NCBI GenBank assembly: GCA_051047955.1
Contig: JBPGPT010000011.1
Location: 1-64,000 of the forward strand
Source of the DNA: Cystobasidiomycetes sp. EMM_F5
Taxonomy: Eukaryota
DNA: 64,000 nt
Reading direction: 5' to 3'
Shown here: positions 36,548 to 49,696 of the stretch, in pieces
Layout: every line of letters begins with the position of its first letter
Position numbering within the stretch: position 1 is the first letter of the stretch
The notes under the pieces: model-generated
What the model saw: only the letters and a program-made list of their open reading frames with translations
What the model was told of the DNA's origin: nothing
Databases searched by the model: none
Translations under genes and position numbers: made by a program

Positions 36548-39139
36548 TCACTTCTTGCCGTGGACCTTCTCGATGATGGTAGCAATGACGCTCTCGTCTG
36601 CGGCTGTCGACATGTCGCCAAGCTGATCTTGTTCGCCAGCCGCAATTTTGCGAAGAGCACGTCGGATAATCTTCCCGCTGCGAGTCTTGGGTAAGTCGGA
36701 AACAATGTAGATTTCTAGCAAATCACAGATAGCGTTAGCTACAGAACCGGGATGCGGGTCAAATGATCCATATGTCGCCTACTCTTCGGTGCCGCAAAAG
36801 GTCCAATATTCTTTCGCACTTGGACAGTAAGCTCCTTGATCAGTGAGGCGTCGTCGGTGCTCTTGTAATCGGGCTTCATGCAGACGAAGGAACAAATGGC
36901 TTGTCCACTCATCTCATCGTTGATTCCGACAACGGCCGTTTCGGCGACGCCGGGGTGTAAAATGAGGGCGGATTCGATCTCTGCGGTCGACATACGATGG
37001 CCTGATACGTTGATGACATCGTCAACACGACCGCGTATCTGTCATTCGGCAACGCAACATCAGCAAGCTCTCTAAACTTCACGGAGAGTGCTACACACCC
37101 AGATGTAGCCATGCTCATCGCGGGCCGCGCCATCTCCTGTGAAGTAGTAGCCCTTGTAGGGATTCATGTATGTATCGAGGTATCTGGCATGATCGCCGTA
37201 GACGGTACGAGCAAGAGACGGCCAAGGTTTACGGACAGCTAGGACGCCCTCGACATTGTTGCCTTCGAGCTCTTTGCCAGAAGTCGGATCAAGAATGACT
37301 GGGTCGATACCGAAGAACGGCATGGTCGCTGCCCCTGGTTTCGTCTTTGTCGCTCCGGGCAGAGGTGTAATGATGATGGAACCTGGAACGGAACAGTCGC
37401 TCTACTCAGCACCTTACATCTGTGAAGAGGGAAATACGACATAGATTACCAGTCTCGGTTTGCCAGTATGTATCAACAACTGCGCACTCCTTTTTGCCAA
37501 CGTGCTCATGGTACCAATTCCAGGCTTCCGGATTGATAGGTTCACCGACAGACCCGATTGTCCTCAAGGAGTCGAGGTCGTGTCCTTTAGTGTGTTCCTC
37601 GCCTAATCTTCGCAGTAAGCGGATAGCTGTCGGAGCAGTGTAGAATTGGGTAATCTTGTGTTTGGCCACCGTTTCCCAGTATCGACTTGGTGTGGGGTAG
37701 ACGGGTGTAGATTCGAAGATGACTGATGTTACTCCATTCATAAGCGGTCCGTAGATGATGTAGGTATGACCGGTAATCCAGCCGACATCGGCCATGCATC
37801 CGAAAATATCGTCAGGGTGAACATCAAAGACTGGGAACGAGATGTTAGTGCGACTTCAGGTGTGCGCCGCAGATAGCAGCGATTACACTCTGCTCATACT
37901 CACCATACTTGAGCGTCATGGCAGCGCCTAGCAGGTATCCGGCAGTCGAGTGGACAACACCCTTTGGTTTTCCCGTAGATCCGGAAGTGTACAAGATGAA
38001 TAGAGGGTGTTCGGACGGGACGTACTCTGGAGGGCAAATTGGGGGCTGCTTGGCGTTCTCTTCTTGCCACCAGACATCGCGACCCTTCTGCATGTTTACG
38101 TTGGCACCGGTCCGGCGAACGACGAGACAGTGCTCAGTGACTGGACACTCTTTCAGGGCAGCATCTGCAATGGATTTTGTTGCAATCGTTTTGCCTCCTC
38201 GTTTTGCTTCATCGGTTGTAATCAGAACGCGAGCCTTGCAGTCGTTGATTCGGTCCCGAAGAGACTCGGACGAGAACCCAGCAAAAACGACAGAGTGCAA
38301 TGCACCGAGTCTTGCACAAGCGAGAAAGGCAATAGCTGCTTCTGGCACCATTGGCAAGTAGATGGCAACGGCCTGTTGTGTGCGAAATCTGTTAGAGCAA
38401 CAATTTATGGAGCAAGCGGACCAAGCCTACATCTCCCTTCTTGACGCCCATCTCCTTGAGGACGTTGGCGACCTTGCAAGTCTCCTGCAAGAGCTGATTG
38501 TAGGTGAGTTCAACGTGGGTGCCGGGTTCATCGGCTTCCCAGATGATGGCGACCTTGTTGGGGTGCTTGTATGCCCATCTATCGAGACAATTGTATGAGG
38601 CGTTGATGGCTGTGGGAGAGCAGTATGAGCAGTCAGCTACCTGTGTGGCGAATAGCCGGAATCGCAAGGCGGAAGTGAGGAAAATGCAGACAGAGAGTGC
38701 TGCAGACTGCGGTGACATTCAACGACCACTCACTTCCTTCCGGGAACCACTGGTTGTCGCCAGTCTCGAATCCGCCGTGCTGTACCGTCTTCCACGGCGT
38801 ATTGAACGAAAGGAGCTCGTCTGCCATTCTCGCAAAGAACTTTTCCGGCTCTTGAATGCTCTCCTTGTGCATCTGAGCGTACGACTCTTCGTGTACGTGC
38901 GGCTTCTTGTACTTGCCGTCGCCGTTGGTGCGGACTGCAATTGGGTGCATGACCGTCTCCTCCTTCTGCAGCTCGGTAGCCATGGTGGATGCGGCTGTTA
39001 GAACTGGGATCAGCGGCTGTTGTGACCGAGTAGCCCAGCACTCACATTGACGTTTGTTGGGAGCTTTAACAGGTTGGCGTGTTGCGAAAGCTCTGCTGCT
39101 ATGCGACAAACTCCGAAGGGGCAACCGGCGAGCGCGCAT
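36548..39139 (-). CDS. ACS1: Acetyl-CoA synthetase; conserved start near 38983, possible upstream mitochondrial-targeting start at 39139
   Basis: [60 protein letters not shown]. Confidence 0.97.
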
Positions 39140-39274
39140 CCGCCCAAATTACCCCGCGGAGCTATGTAAAGGCTTCGCTTTCAAACGAGGGGCCGACAAC
39201 GCGTAGCGAGGGTACTTTACAGTATATTGGACACTACGAGTGCTTTGACAGACTAAGTATGCACATATGGACCC

Positions 39275-42200
39275 TCAACCCAACCTCTGCTTTGCTAGTC
39301 CTGCTTCGAGACTGTCCATTTCCCCCTGACCAGTAGCAGCATATGCTCGGAACCGGTCACGCAGTCGACTCGGTGGAATGAGGTGCCCAGACGTCTCGGC
39401 ATCGTACTCGCTCCGGACGAGGTTGAAGAGGGTGGTGTAGTGATCCAAGACATCGCCTTGTATCGGAGGGACGAGAACAGCGACCGTCTGCTCGTCATCC
39501 AGGTAGAGGCGCAGCTTTTGCAGTATTTCGTGCATGCCAGCTTCAAAGCTTCCTACCTGACCTGCGCCCTCTGCAACGAATATATCATGCAACTTGATGA
39601 CTTCCGATGGGGTAGCCCAAGATTGATCAGACAGACCATTGCCGTCAATGGCTGTGGATGCGTTATTTGGGTTTGGGCTGCTAGCCTTGGCCTGATGACT
39701 GGTCAGAAACGTCTGACAGCGGGTGAGAAAGGCACGAATACTCGACGCAATCAAAAGTGACGACTGCGTCATAAAGTCCTCGCAGACGAGCTTGAGCGTA
39801 CTGTCCAACTCCCTCTTTGCATCTCGCATCGTTTCAGTAAAAGTCGGCATGCCTTTTGTAGCAAGTTGAAAGAGGGCATTTGGATTGAAGAGAGTGCTCG
39901 TATTGCGGAGCAACGACGTAAGCGCCTCGGTAGTGCTGGTGAAGTCGACCCCTCGATCAATCTGAATAAGGTCGACACTCCGAACAGTCTCCTTTAGAAT
40001 TAGAAGGTGTCGAACCGCAAACAGCTGCCCATCTAACCGGCTAGCATTCGTACGACTAGACACCTTCTCCGCTGCTCCCGTGAGCGACTGTCGGCACAGA
40101 GTCACCGCTTCTCCGGCAAAGTCTTCGAAGACTGCCGACTGTAGTACACATATCAACTATCAAACGCGCTGAGCATGCGAGTAGTAAAACTCACATCCAC
40201 GTATGAGTGCAGTTTTGACAGAACCCACAGAGTTTTTCGCAATGAAGGATACCAGTCTTCCATGGTGCTCTCCGGAGGCAGCTTGAATGACAGCGCGCCG
40301 TCGACATCCACCAAACCCATAGATGGCATATGGCCGTGAGCTGCTTTCCATGGCAGCGATGTATTATCCTCATCATCTCTGCGTGCACTTGCCTCTGTCT
40401 CTTTGCCTTCGCGGCCCAATGAGAATATACCGCTTTGCGCGTTACTTTTTAGCTTTGCGGGATAGTCTAGATCGGTATCCTTTGGCACATAGTTGAACAC
40501 GTCGGCTTCCATTATGTACTGGGCGCGGAACACGAGCCTCGTTTGTGTGTCCTGCAGGATTGCGCGCAGCAGGTCTGCAAAGCGAAGTCCGCGTGTTGTA
40601 CTGGCTACCGCAACATCGTTCCCAACAACTGTGGAAGAGCGATCTAGATCCGCAAAAGAGACTGTAACATCTTTTGCGTTCGATACGATATCGGACGCAA
40701 GGCTCTCTTGTGGATTCTCCGCATCTTCATCGAGCGAGATGAGAGCTTGCAGGACCGTACACAGCTCGCACAGCACATCGAGCCGTGGCTCGTGCAGGAT
40801 TTTCGGACGTAGGGAGTCGTATAGATAGTCACAGATCGTTTCCAGGTATCGGTGCATGTCCCTTGCGCCAGCTATTGAAAAAAGAGAGCGAAACAGAGTC
40901 CACTCGCTTATGCACACCGTCCGCAAGTATGCGCAACCTGTCCGAGCCTCGAGTTTCTTTCAGCAAACTAGAATACTCAAACAAGTAGATGCCTACTCAC
41001 TATTCTGATGACATCGGCTGTGCCAGCTCCAGATTCCATCCTCCGGACTTCTTCAGCCATGATTGGCCCTATAAGCTGATGCCTAACAGAAATCCAGGCA
41101 TTCAAACACTCTTGCAACAGGTTTCCGTACTCTTCGTGATATAGAGCAGCACGTCTCTCCAGCTCGTATAGAAGTACACGTAAAGCCTCGCTGTTCGAGG
41201 AAAATTTAGCGTAGACGAGAGCATCACGAGCTGCGTCGGATAGATTGGCAATTGCTGGGCCGCGGCCGGTCGTGGTAGAAGCGGCGTTTAGTCGTGAAGT
41301 AACGTCTGTATTGATCGTCTGTAGCGTCGATACGAAATGCATCTTGATGAGAGTCATTGCGCGAGTCAGACATTGTTGAAACCTGATAAGGTACACCTCG
41401 GCATCGCGGTAATTTCGCTGGGGATAATCACTATCAGCTCGTCTGACTAGTCTCAACTTTGAAAGGTTCACGACTCACATTGGCCTTCATAAAATCGAGA
41501 CTCTGGTCCAGTCTCTGCAGCATTGGCAAGAAGTCATCCTGCAGGACCACAACGTCTCCAGGCTGAGACAGAGCGCGGGTAGCAGTGTCGAGCTCGCGAA
41601 AGTACTGAAGTCGGCTGTCGATAGCTTCCGTGACGGTAAGGAGATGCTTTTGCTCTATGAGCATGGCCTCGCAGGCCTGTTGTAGAGCCTTGCTATTCTC
41701 CTCGACAAAGTGATAATTCGCTTCCATCTCCTTGATCAAGCCACGCGAATCTTCGAGCACTTCAAGAGCGTCTGAGCAGCTGTCTATATACGCGTTAACC
41801 TCTGCCGAGTATCGTCGAAAGACCTGCTCCTGTTCGCTCTCCATGCTGCCTTCAACGCGACCGTACCAATCCAGAAACTGCTGCGTCGACTCGATAGGCG
41901 CATCAATGTCTAGAACATCGCTGGCGTATTCACTACCGCGATGATGGCTGTGATTGGCTTGCAGCGGTTCGGATGTCAAGCCCAGTCCGCTGCCGATTGA
42001 TACTGCCGACGTTGTCCGGCTGTGATGACGACTTGGCGCAGTCGGAGACAGAGCAGACGACGATAGCAATGATGTAGCATTGTTGCTCGAATGGGGAAGC
42101 GGCCTGCCCTTGTTGCTCGTCGCATGTTTGGCATCGTCCAGGCCGTTAGCGACAGGACTGTCCGAGCGCTGAACAAGGCCAGCTATTTCTACACGAGATG

Positions 42201-42501
42201 CGGGTCTTCGCAGGAATGAGCGGGACGGTGTGCTGGGTCGACTGCCGTTGATAGTGACGGCGGTATTGACATTGGCAGATTGCAACTTGGCGAGCTACGG
42301 TCAGCGAGTAAAGATGCCATGCAGTCAGTACTTTGTCCGTACGTGTGAGAGCTTCAATCTGCCTACTTTGGTGGGTATCGGTCTCTCGCTGCAGGCTGCA
42401 TCCAGCGCGTCGACGCTGGCTCTGGCGTTATCGCTCAGAGGCGCCAGAGTATCCCAGTCTTCGAGGCTGACGGCAGAGGTAGTCGCACGAGAGGATGCCA
42501 T
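39275..42501 (-). CDS. COG3: Conserved oligomeric Golgi complex subunit 3 (Sec34)
   Basis: QQFLDWY, YRDAEVYLIRFQQCLTRAMTLIK, LYDSLRPKILHE, DTQTRLVFRAQ, WYPSLRKTLWVLSKL, DGQLFAVRHLLILKE. Confidence 0.93.
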
Positions 42502-42674
42502 TGTTCAGGCGGGGTCATTCGGTCAGAAGGATGTCAAGAAGCGCGTCAGAATTTCGTGAGAGCCAAACCCGGTTCAAACAGGTATACCGTCAGGGACAAA
42601 AACCATCCGACAGTCGTTGCCTAGCCTACAACAACAGAAACGCGACAGGCCTAGTGTTCAGCTCGCAGGCAGAC

Positions 42675-44571
42675 TTACAAAAAGGTACGTTTCTGTCTTG
42701 AATCCAGCAATCCCGACAGCAACTGAAACAAGCCGAATCGACCTCGGTCTTCACGTTCTCGGTCGAGCTGGGCGGTACGCTCCTTTGCATCCTGCTTCTC
42801 GCTCAATCCAGGGAGGGTCAGAGCGTTATCAATAGCCGCCAGAGTTGCATTGCGCTCCTCTATTGCCTTGCTGACTTGAGCTGAACCATCTTCCTCGGCA
42901 GAAGTGTTGCCGCCATCATCATCAGATTCCCGCAAGCACATCTTGCGTCGTGCCCCATCCTTCTTCTTGACACTGTTTGTCATGCCGGTAACCGGGTGCG
43001 CCTTGATGTTTTCATTGTTTGTTGCAGCCGTGGTCGAAGCGGACGTTGCAGTAGCAGCTAGTTCAGGGAATAGCGATGCTTCGAGATCGATGGTAGGGCC
43101 TGAAGCTTGTTTACCAGAGCGCGACGCGTTCGAACCGTTCTCGTCTTTGTTGACGACAGCAGCAGTCTTACGAAGAGGTGATGAGACTGCATTCGTTGAG
43201 TTGTCCAGACCACCGGCGCCTCTATGGGTACTATGTGATGCAGCTTCAAGTCCTTCGCGATTAGAGTCCAGCTTGTAAGCTGCTTCCTGCTCTCGTTTAC
43301 GGGTTGCCAATAATCGCAAGCGCGTCTTTTCCTCTTTGGCTCTTTCTTTATACGCTACTCTATGCTCGTGCATGCTTATCTGAGCCGAACGACGTGCTTC
43401 CAGCTGTGCCTCCTTGGATGGAACGTCATACAGGTACTGGTGTGCGTAGAATCGCTCGACGCTGGCAAGATGGGCGCTGTGTAATAGACCTGGAGACATC
43501 TCAAACAGAGCGAGTACTTGGTCGCGGCCGATGGGTGTAGGAGGCCGCCGACTTGAAGTCAGGGTAGTGATACGAGAACTACCTTGTTTGTCGATGGGCT
43601 GGCTGTCTTCATGATAGCTCACTGATCGAGTTGACTCAACCAAAGCGGCCAAGATGTTCTTGAGATACGTCTGGAGGAATGTGAGTAAGCGAAGCGTATG
43701 CGAGGCAGCGCATTCATCCTTCCTTACATCTAATGCTACATTGGCAAGCATGGCCACATCGTCATCGACACCCCTTGAGACGTTCAGAGTGTAGGCCAAA
43801 CTCGACATGCGATCGTGTAAAGTAGGGACGGCTGGTAATTCTTGAGTTTCTACGCAAGTTGGAATAGCTGCGACACGCTGTATTTCCTGTTGGAAAGCTG
43901 TATTCTCGGAGATGTAGTCAGGGGACAGTCACTTTGTGTTGGCGTGCTTCACATAACGCACCCGTGTTTGGCGTCCTGATGGGTGTAGGCAAGCCCATCA
44001 CTGCCAGTCGACTTTTGTCGGTAGTGCCATCGGTAGATCCTCCCTGCTCGTTCCGAGACTGGGTCAACAGTGCTCGTATCCGCTTCTTCTCGGTTCTCGT
44101 CATTCCTCCTACTAGACGTTTTAGTCTGCGACGCTTCGTTGCGACCTCGCCTAGCGGATCTACACCATCCTCGGGACCTAGGAGTGACGTGAGACCATCG
44201 CTCCGCTTCCGCTTGCTCGACCATCCCTGGTGCGATACGCTCGTCGGCGCGAGGGTGGGGCGCGTAGTGTTGTAGAGTATGCTCAGCAACAAGCAGTTGT
44301 GCAGCGTCTCGAGCCTGGTGAGCAGTTTGTCGCCGTCGACACGCCCCTCGACTGGCTTGACAAAGTGCTCGTGCCATCCAATGTCAAATTCGAGTCGCGA
44401 GCACTTGCCCGTCAGCAGGTCGCACAGTAGCTGCCAGTAGACTTCACCCTGCTCGGCCGACAGCAAGTCTCGCAGCCTGTTTTTGAGGAGGAGGGTGTTG
44501 GCTCGTTTGGACGTTGCGGGCGGGGGGAAGGGGTACGGGTAGGCTGCGCTGAGCGGGACGAGGCTGAGCAT
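42675..44571 (-). CDS. ADA1: SAGA complex subunit Ada1/Hfi1-like
   Basis: LKNRLRDLL...YWQLLCDLLTGKCSRLEFD...LHNCLLLSILYN (SAGA-Tad1 N-terminus) and a downstream histone-fold-like segment (LPELPAVPTLHDRM...YLKNIL). Confidence 0.7.
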
Positions 44572-44684
44572 TGCTGGAGCTTTGAGTCAGTCAGTCTAGT
44601 TGCACAGTGTGGGTTGCATATCCTAGGTCAGTTTGGTATAGACTCAAGGTTGGCGCGGGATTGTTGTCCGCTAATACTATTGGC

Positions 44685-45506
44685 ATGGCACCAGTCACTC
44701 GTTCTAGAAGCACAGCAAAGATAATCAATCTGCACGATGACCCTCCACCTCGTGCTACTCTACAACACGCAGCCAGAATTAAAATCGCAAACAATATTAC
44801 ACCCTACATCGTTCCCAAAGCCCCGCGAGCGAGGAGTCCGCCTACGTCCAGCTCGTTTGGCCTCGTTCAAGAGAAGCTCACGCACAATCTGTATGCCCTC
44901 GTCGTGCAGGCTATCCTCTGGAATCAGACGACCGGAAAGACGGCGAGACCCGTCCTCGATGCCCTCTTGAGCGTGTACCCCGACCCCGCAGCGCTCGCAC
45001 AGGCTGATCTTGCCCACCTGACCGCTCTCCTGTACCCCATCGGTCTGTACAATGTACGGGCAGCGCGACTAATCAAGTTGGCCAACGCTTGGCTGGCTGC
45101 TCCCCCGACGAAAGAACGCAGATATCGCAGGGTGGACTATCCGCAGAGGGGAGACGGGCGAGATGTCGGTGCAGGCGAGGTGCTCGGTCAAGACGATGCT
45201 CGGGAAGGGTGGGAGATTGCCCATCTCCCTGGAGTCGGGCCCTATTGCCTAGACTCGTACCGCATATTCTACAGGGATACACTCAGAGAGATCGATACCG
45301 CACTCGACCAACCAGAGTGGAGGCGTGTCGTGCCAGCCGACAAGGAGCTGAGAGCCTATCTGGTGTGGAAGTGGAGGCAAGCTGGCTTCCATTACGATGT
45401 ACATACAGGCAATCGGACACTGCTCGTCCAGAGCGATCCGACAGTGGTTCAGACTACTTCGCAAATCCTACTCGCAGCAGATACCGCCAGTCATGGCAAT
45501 CCTTGA
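44685..45506 (+). CDS. HhH-GPD DNA glycosylase, MBD4-like, intronless
   Basis: LVQEKL, ILWNQTTG, PIGLYNVRA, HLPGVGPYCLDSYRIF, VVPADKELRAYLVW. Confidence 0.85.
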   Translation: MAPVTRSRSTAKIINLHDDPPPRATLQHAARIKIANNITPYIVPKAPRARSPPTSSSFGLVQEKLTHNLYALVVQAILWNQTTGKTARPVLDALLSVYPDPAALAQADLAHLTALLYPIGLYNVRAARLIKLANAWLAAPPTKERRYRRVDYPQRGDGRDVGAGEVLGQDDAREGWEIAHLPGVGPYCLDSYRIFYRDTLREIDTALDQPEWRRVVPADKELRAYLVWKWRQAGFHYDVHTGNRTLLVQSDPTVVQTTSQILLAADTASHGNP

Positions 45507-45513
45507 AACGCAA

Positions 45514-48500
45514 TCAATCGTCAAAGGCGGTGAAAGCCCGTTGCTTCAAAGGGGATCCGACTGTTGGGCAAAGGACATCGCTTCAGCGGTGTTTACGCCA
45601 ACCTGATGCCGTCACTTACTTTTCGGCGCGAATTGCAGCGTCTTGCGCCTTGCAATATCGACGTTCCCCTCAGACTGGCCGGCTGATCGAGCGCTAAGAT
45701 ACGTATTGGAGACGTCTACACAGATGCAAAAGCAGATACCACTCAGTTTTCAGGTCAAAGCGGCGCTGGCAGCGCAGAACGTACTGCTCAACGGCCTTGT
45801 TGGGACAAATGCTTCATTTCCGTGCTTCATCTTCGGCTCCATGCTCTTTCGACGCTTGTCATTCAGCTTGTTGGACAAGCCTAGCGATTGGGAGAGCATT
45901 CCATCGATAGCTTGCTGAGGTATAGCGTACTGTTCTTCTGGTACTCGCTCGTTGGCTTCTCTGCATGCGACAATCCAGCCTACACCTAGCAGATGCGGCT
46001 GGTGCGGCTGGCTGAATGCTCGAACGCGCTGTAAGGTTGCCGGACGTCCACCCTTGAAGATGATGTGCGTCACTGTAAAGGATGGCCGAGCGAGGACCTA
46101 TTGAAAACCAAATCATTTCAGCCCTTTCCTCCGATCCCTTATGCATCGCGCAAAAACGCACTCGAGCGCCTAATGAGCGAAGAATCTCGACAAAGACGTG
46201 ACCGGCTTCATCGCCTTCAGCAGTCTTGACGTCTACGAATGCTACCACGCCCTTCAAAACGGCAGCAGTGTCTGCCTGCTCTTCATGCGATACGACAAGT
46301 TGCGGCGTATCAGTTGCCATGTTCTCCTTGTCCACTGATGAGCTTGTCGCCGCTGCTGCATCTACATCCACATCCATCGACTTTGTTTCAGTCGCATGCG
46401 ATGTGGCTTTAGCAGCGCCGAGCGCATTGGCTGCCCTAGCTGCATTCGAATTACTGACGAGGGGCAGGAGGCTTCCCCGTCTTGGCTGCGGTACACCCCA
46501 CGAGGCTCTGCGATCCGAGATGGATCTGTGCAAAGTGAAAGCTTGGCGATGATTTGAGGCATCCGGCTGCTGCGACACTGGCTGCGATCCTCTCGCAATC
46601 GAAGATCTGGTAGCGGCTGCATATCGCGGCATCTGGCCCTTGTGACCTTCAGTAACAGATCTCGCAGAAGCGTGATACTGCTGTTCTAGCTCTGCCCGCT
46701 CATCCAGCAATCCCAAACTCTGTGAAGCTGGCGCGACAGGCAGCATGCTTTCTCTCCGCTTATTGGCCAATAACCCACTGCTCAGCCGAGGCAGCGACAT
46801 CTTGTTGAGCAAAGACTGTAGATTGGCAAGTGAGGTGTTGCCCGCTTCGGACATGACAGACATGTCGGCGTCGACGGAGTCTGATATCGATAGTCGACTA
46901 GCTTCAACGCGCTGAGGTGCTTCCTCCACTTGGTGTAATGTAGTAGAAGCTTCATTGGCAGGATGTTGGGTCACTGCCTCGTTGATCGGTGCTGCATCCG
47001 CAAGCCCTGACAAAAGTCCCGAAACGGAAGACGAACGAGATATTGTAGCTGCTTTAGGCTCTTCGGAGGCTGCCAATCGATGCAGGTCATTCGATAACGA
47101 CGCTCGACTTGCCAAACGCATACTAGATCGCCTGCTTGGGAAAGCTGGACGACTCTTTGCAGAGGATTGAGGAGCTGCAGACGTACGGAAGCCGAATGTA
47201 CCTTGTCTTCGTTGCGTCTTTGCATTCCTTTCTTCTACGGCGGGGCTGGCGTGAGCTGTTCGATCCGGCGACAAAGGTCTCTTGGCTCTTTCTGCTGCTT
47301 GTAATCGAAGCGCATCATACAAAACGTCTTTTGTGCCACTCTTTGATTGTCCGACTTGACAATCACTTGCTATCGATTGCGACTCGACGGTCCCAAAGAT
47401 CGATTGGCGTGACAAACGCGCTTCAAGAGCCGCAGGTGTATGTCCATGAGGCTTGGTAGGACTGATCAACGAGTCCGAAATGCTCGGCGCCTGATACAAA
47501 GGAGCATGGTCGTTTACACCTGCGTCTGATCGTCGTACAGTCTTTGGTCGTTCTAGCGTTCTCCGCATGAGATCGCTTCGCATCAAATCGTCGCGCTGCA
47601 TCTGTCTCTGTCGGTAAGTGTTTTCGACACCTGGCGTATGGGTATGACGCGGGGTCGTTGTACGGTTGTGAAGCTGGTTGTCTCTCGTTGGCGTACATTG
47701 CGGTGCCCGCATGGACGGCACGGCAGTGCTGCCGCTCGGCAGCTCGTACATCATGCTGTCGCCAGCTCGTCGGGGAGGTGGTAGGCGGGGTACATGCTCA
47801 TCCGTCCGTAGAGGGGACGCAGCGAGGCCAAAACGAGACGCAGAGGACGCTTGTCTTGCTGCTGATAGAAAATGCTCATTGTAGGTGTTTGGCGGAGAGA
47901 GTGCCGCGAAGCTAAATGTCTTGGGTACAGTCAGACTATCCCGGACGGGAGAATGGAGGATGCCTCCATCGTGAGATGGGAGTGTTGCTGCCTCCGAAGT
48001 TCGGACCGGCGCAGCAAAGATTCTCCCAGCACGCTTGCTTGAGGTCGATCCGGATGGCCGAGCGGAAAGAGATTCAATCAGTAGCTCGTCTCTTGCTGGG
48101 TCGATGAGAGGATCGGGTTGATGTGTCGCTGCGTTGGCTGCAACTTTGTTCAACTTGAAAGTCAAAGAATACCTCGGCTCTTCAAATGCCCATTTCTGTT
48201 GATTTGCCGACTGCGGCTCACCCTCTACATGCGCATGACCCAACGGCCAGTTTTCAATATTCTCAGAAATGTCGCTTTCCGCCGTGGCATTACATGTCCG
48301 CTGGTTAATCTGATTTCCGCCGAAGACACGCTTTGCAGTGAGAGAGAGTGCATGTTTTGGAGGGGAGTGTGGTGGTGTCTCGCTCGAGGCCGTCGAGAAT
48401 GTCGTGCTTGGACGGGTGGACAGCTGACGAGGTGGTATGTGACGTGAGGTCGGCATCTCCCGATGAAACAAGCTGGCCTTGTCACTTTGGGCTCTCGAAA

Positions 48501-48867
48501 GAACTTTGGTTGAGGACGAGGGTGCGCCTCTCTGTCCTGCGAGTCGTTGCTCTCCTGCGTTTATCAATGCACCTCCAGGCCTGCTGATCGACAGCCTCTG
48601 CTTCTCTTGCAGGTGCCTCTCGTACGGTCCAGGAAGACGAGTAGAATGATTCCCGCTGCTTCCATCTGTCGATCTTGCGAGATTACCGCTTGCACTCTGG
48701 ATATTTTGCACGAGCACGGACCCTGATGCCGAGTAAACATGAGCAAAGGCAGAGGGAGGGGGATGGGATACACCACGTCCAGACAGTCCCTTGCGGATGC
48801 TCGACGAGGATGAAAGACGACTCGGAGGCCGTAAAGTGCCAGCAGCGGCCTGCTCTGACGTCTCCAT
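45514..48867 (-). CDS. Large disordered protein with a C-terminal BRCT domain (microcephalin-like BRCT)
   Basis: Long Ser/Pro-rich ORF, then LKGVVAFVDVKTAEGDEAG...LGARV-...THIIFKGG...GVGWIVAC. Spliced tail ARRKTLQFAPKIGSPL...DD*. Confidence 0.8.
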
Positions 48868-49696
48868 CCTTCCTCTGACCGAGTATACAAACAAGTGCTC
48901 GTCAGCGTCTGCGTCACAGTCGACAGCTCGGCGTAGCGTTCACTCGCGTGTCCAAGGTGAAATGCTGTTGCTGTGCCCTATACCATCCTGCCGTCGATGA
49001 TTTGTTGGGCAGAGCTGAAGTCACGGCTACGCATCAAAACAAATCCCCCCTTTGAAAACTCATCACGTGATCATGCAAATTATTGCCTTGCAAAAAGTAG
49101 TCGCGCAAAAAGTGGGTACACGACGTTGTGTTCTGACAGACAGTGTGCGGGTACTATCTAGATGCACGTCGAGCTGATGGATGAATGGGCAGCGGATACA
49201 TCTGCAAAGCATTAATGGGGCCACCACTGGCACCCTCAGTCTCTCAGTCAGTAGCCGCCCATCAAACACGCCATCTCAGCTCGACAACGCAGTACTGTTT
49301 GCAATAGGTAGCTGTAGCAATGACACGTCGACGTCATTCCTGCAAGATGCTCGGTAGTGGACTTTGAAGAGCAGGCACTTTACACCTCACTTACCATGCA
49401 GTGCAGCAAGACGGTGTACCGTACACTGCAGCTGAAGATGCCAGAGTAGACAATGATTAAGCTGTTCAGAATTGAAATTCAGCATTACATGTATACTACT
49501 GTCCTTGCGTGGTGTCGTTCAAAGGCATCACAATGCCGGCATTTGCAGCAGAACGTGTGCACAGGATGGCTTGCATGATTCAAAACAGGAGGCTAGACCG
49601 ACGTGGAGGGCTGGAATGGCGACGAGTAGACTTAGTGTACTCTGTGTCAGTTTCGACTTGCATTTGCACCCACCTCTGGCAAACCTTACAATAATA

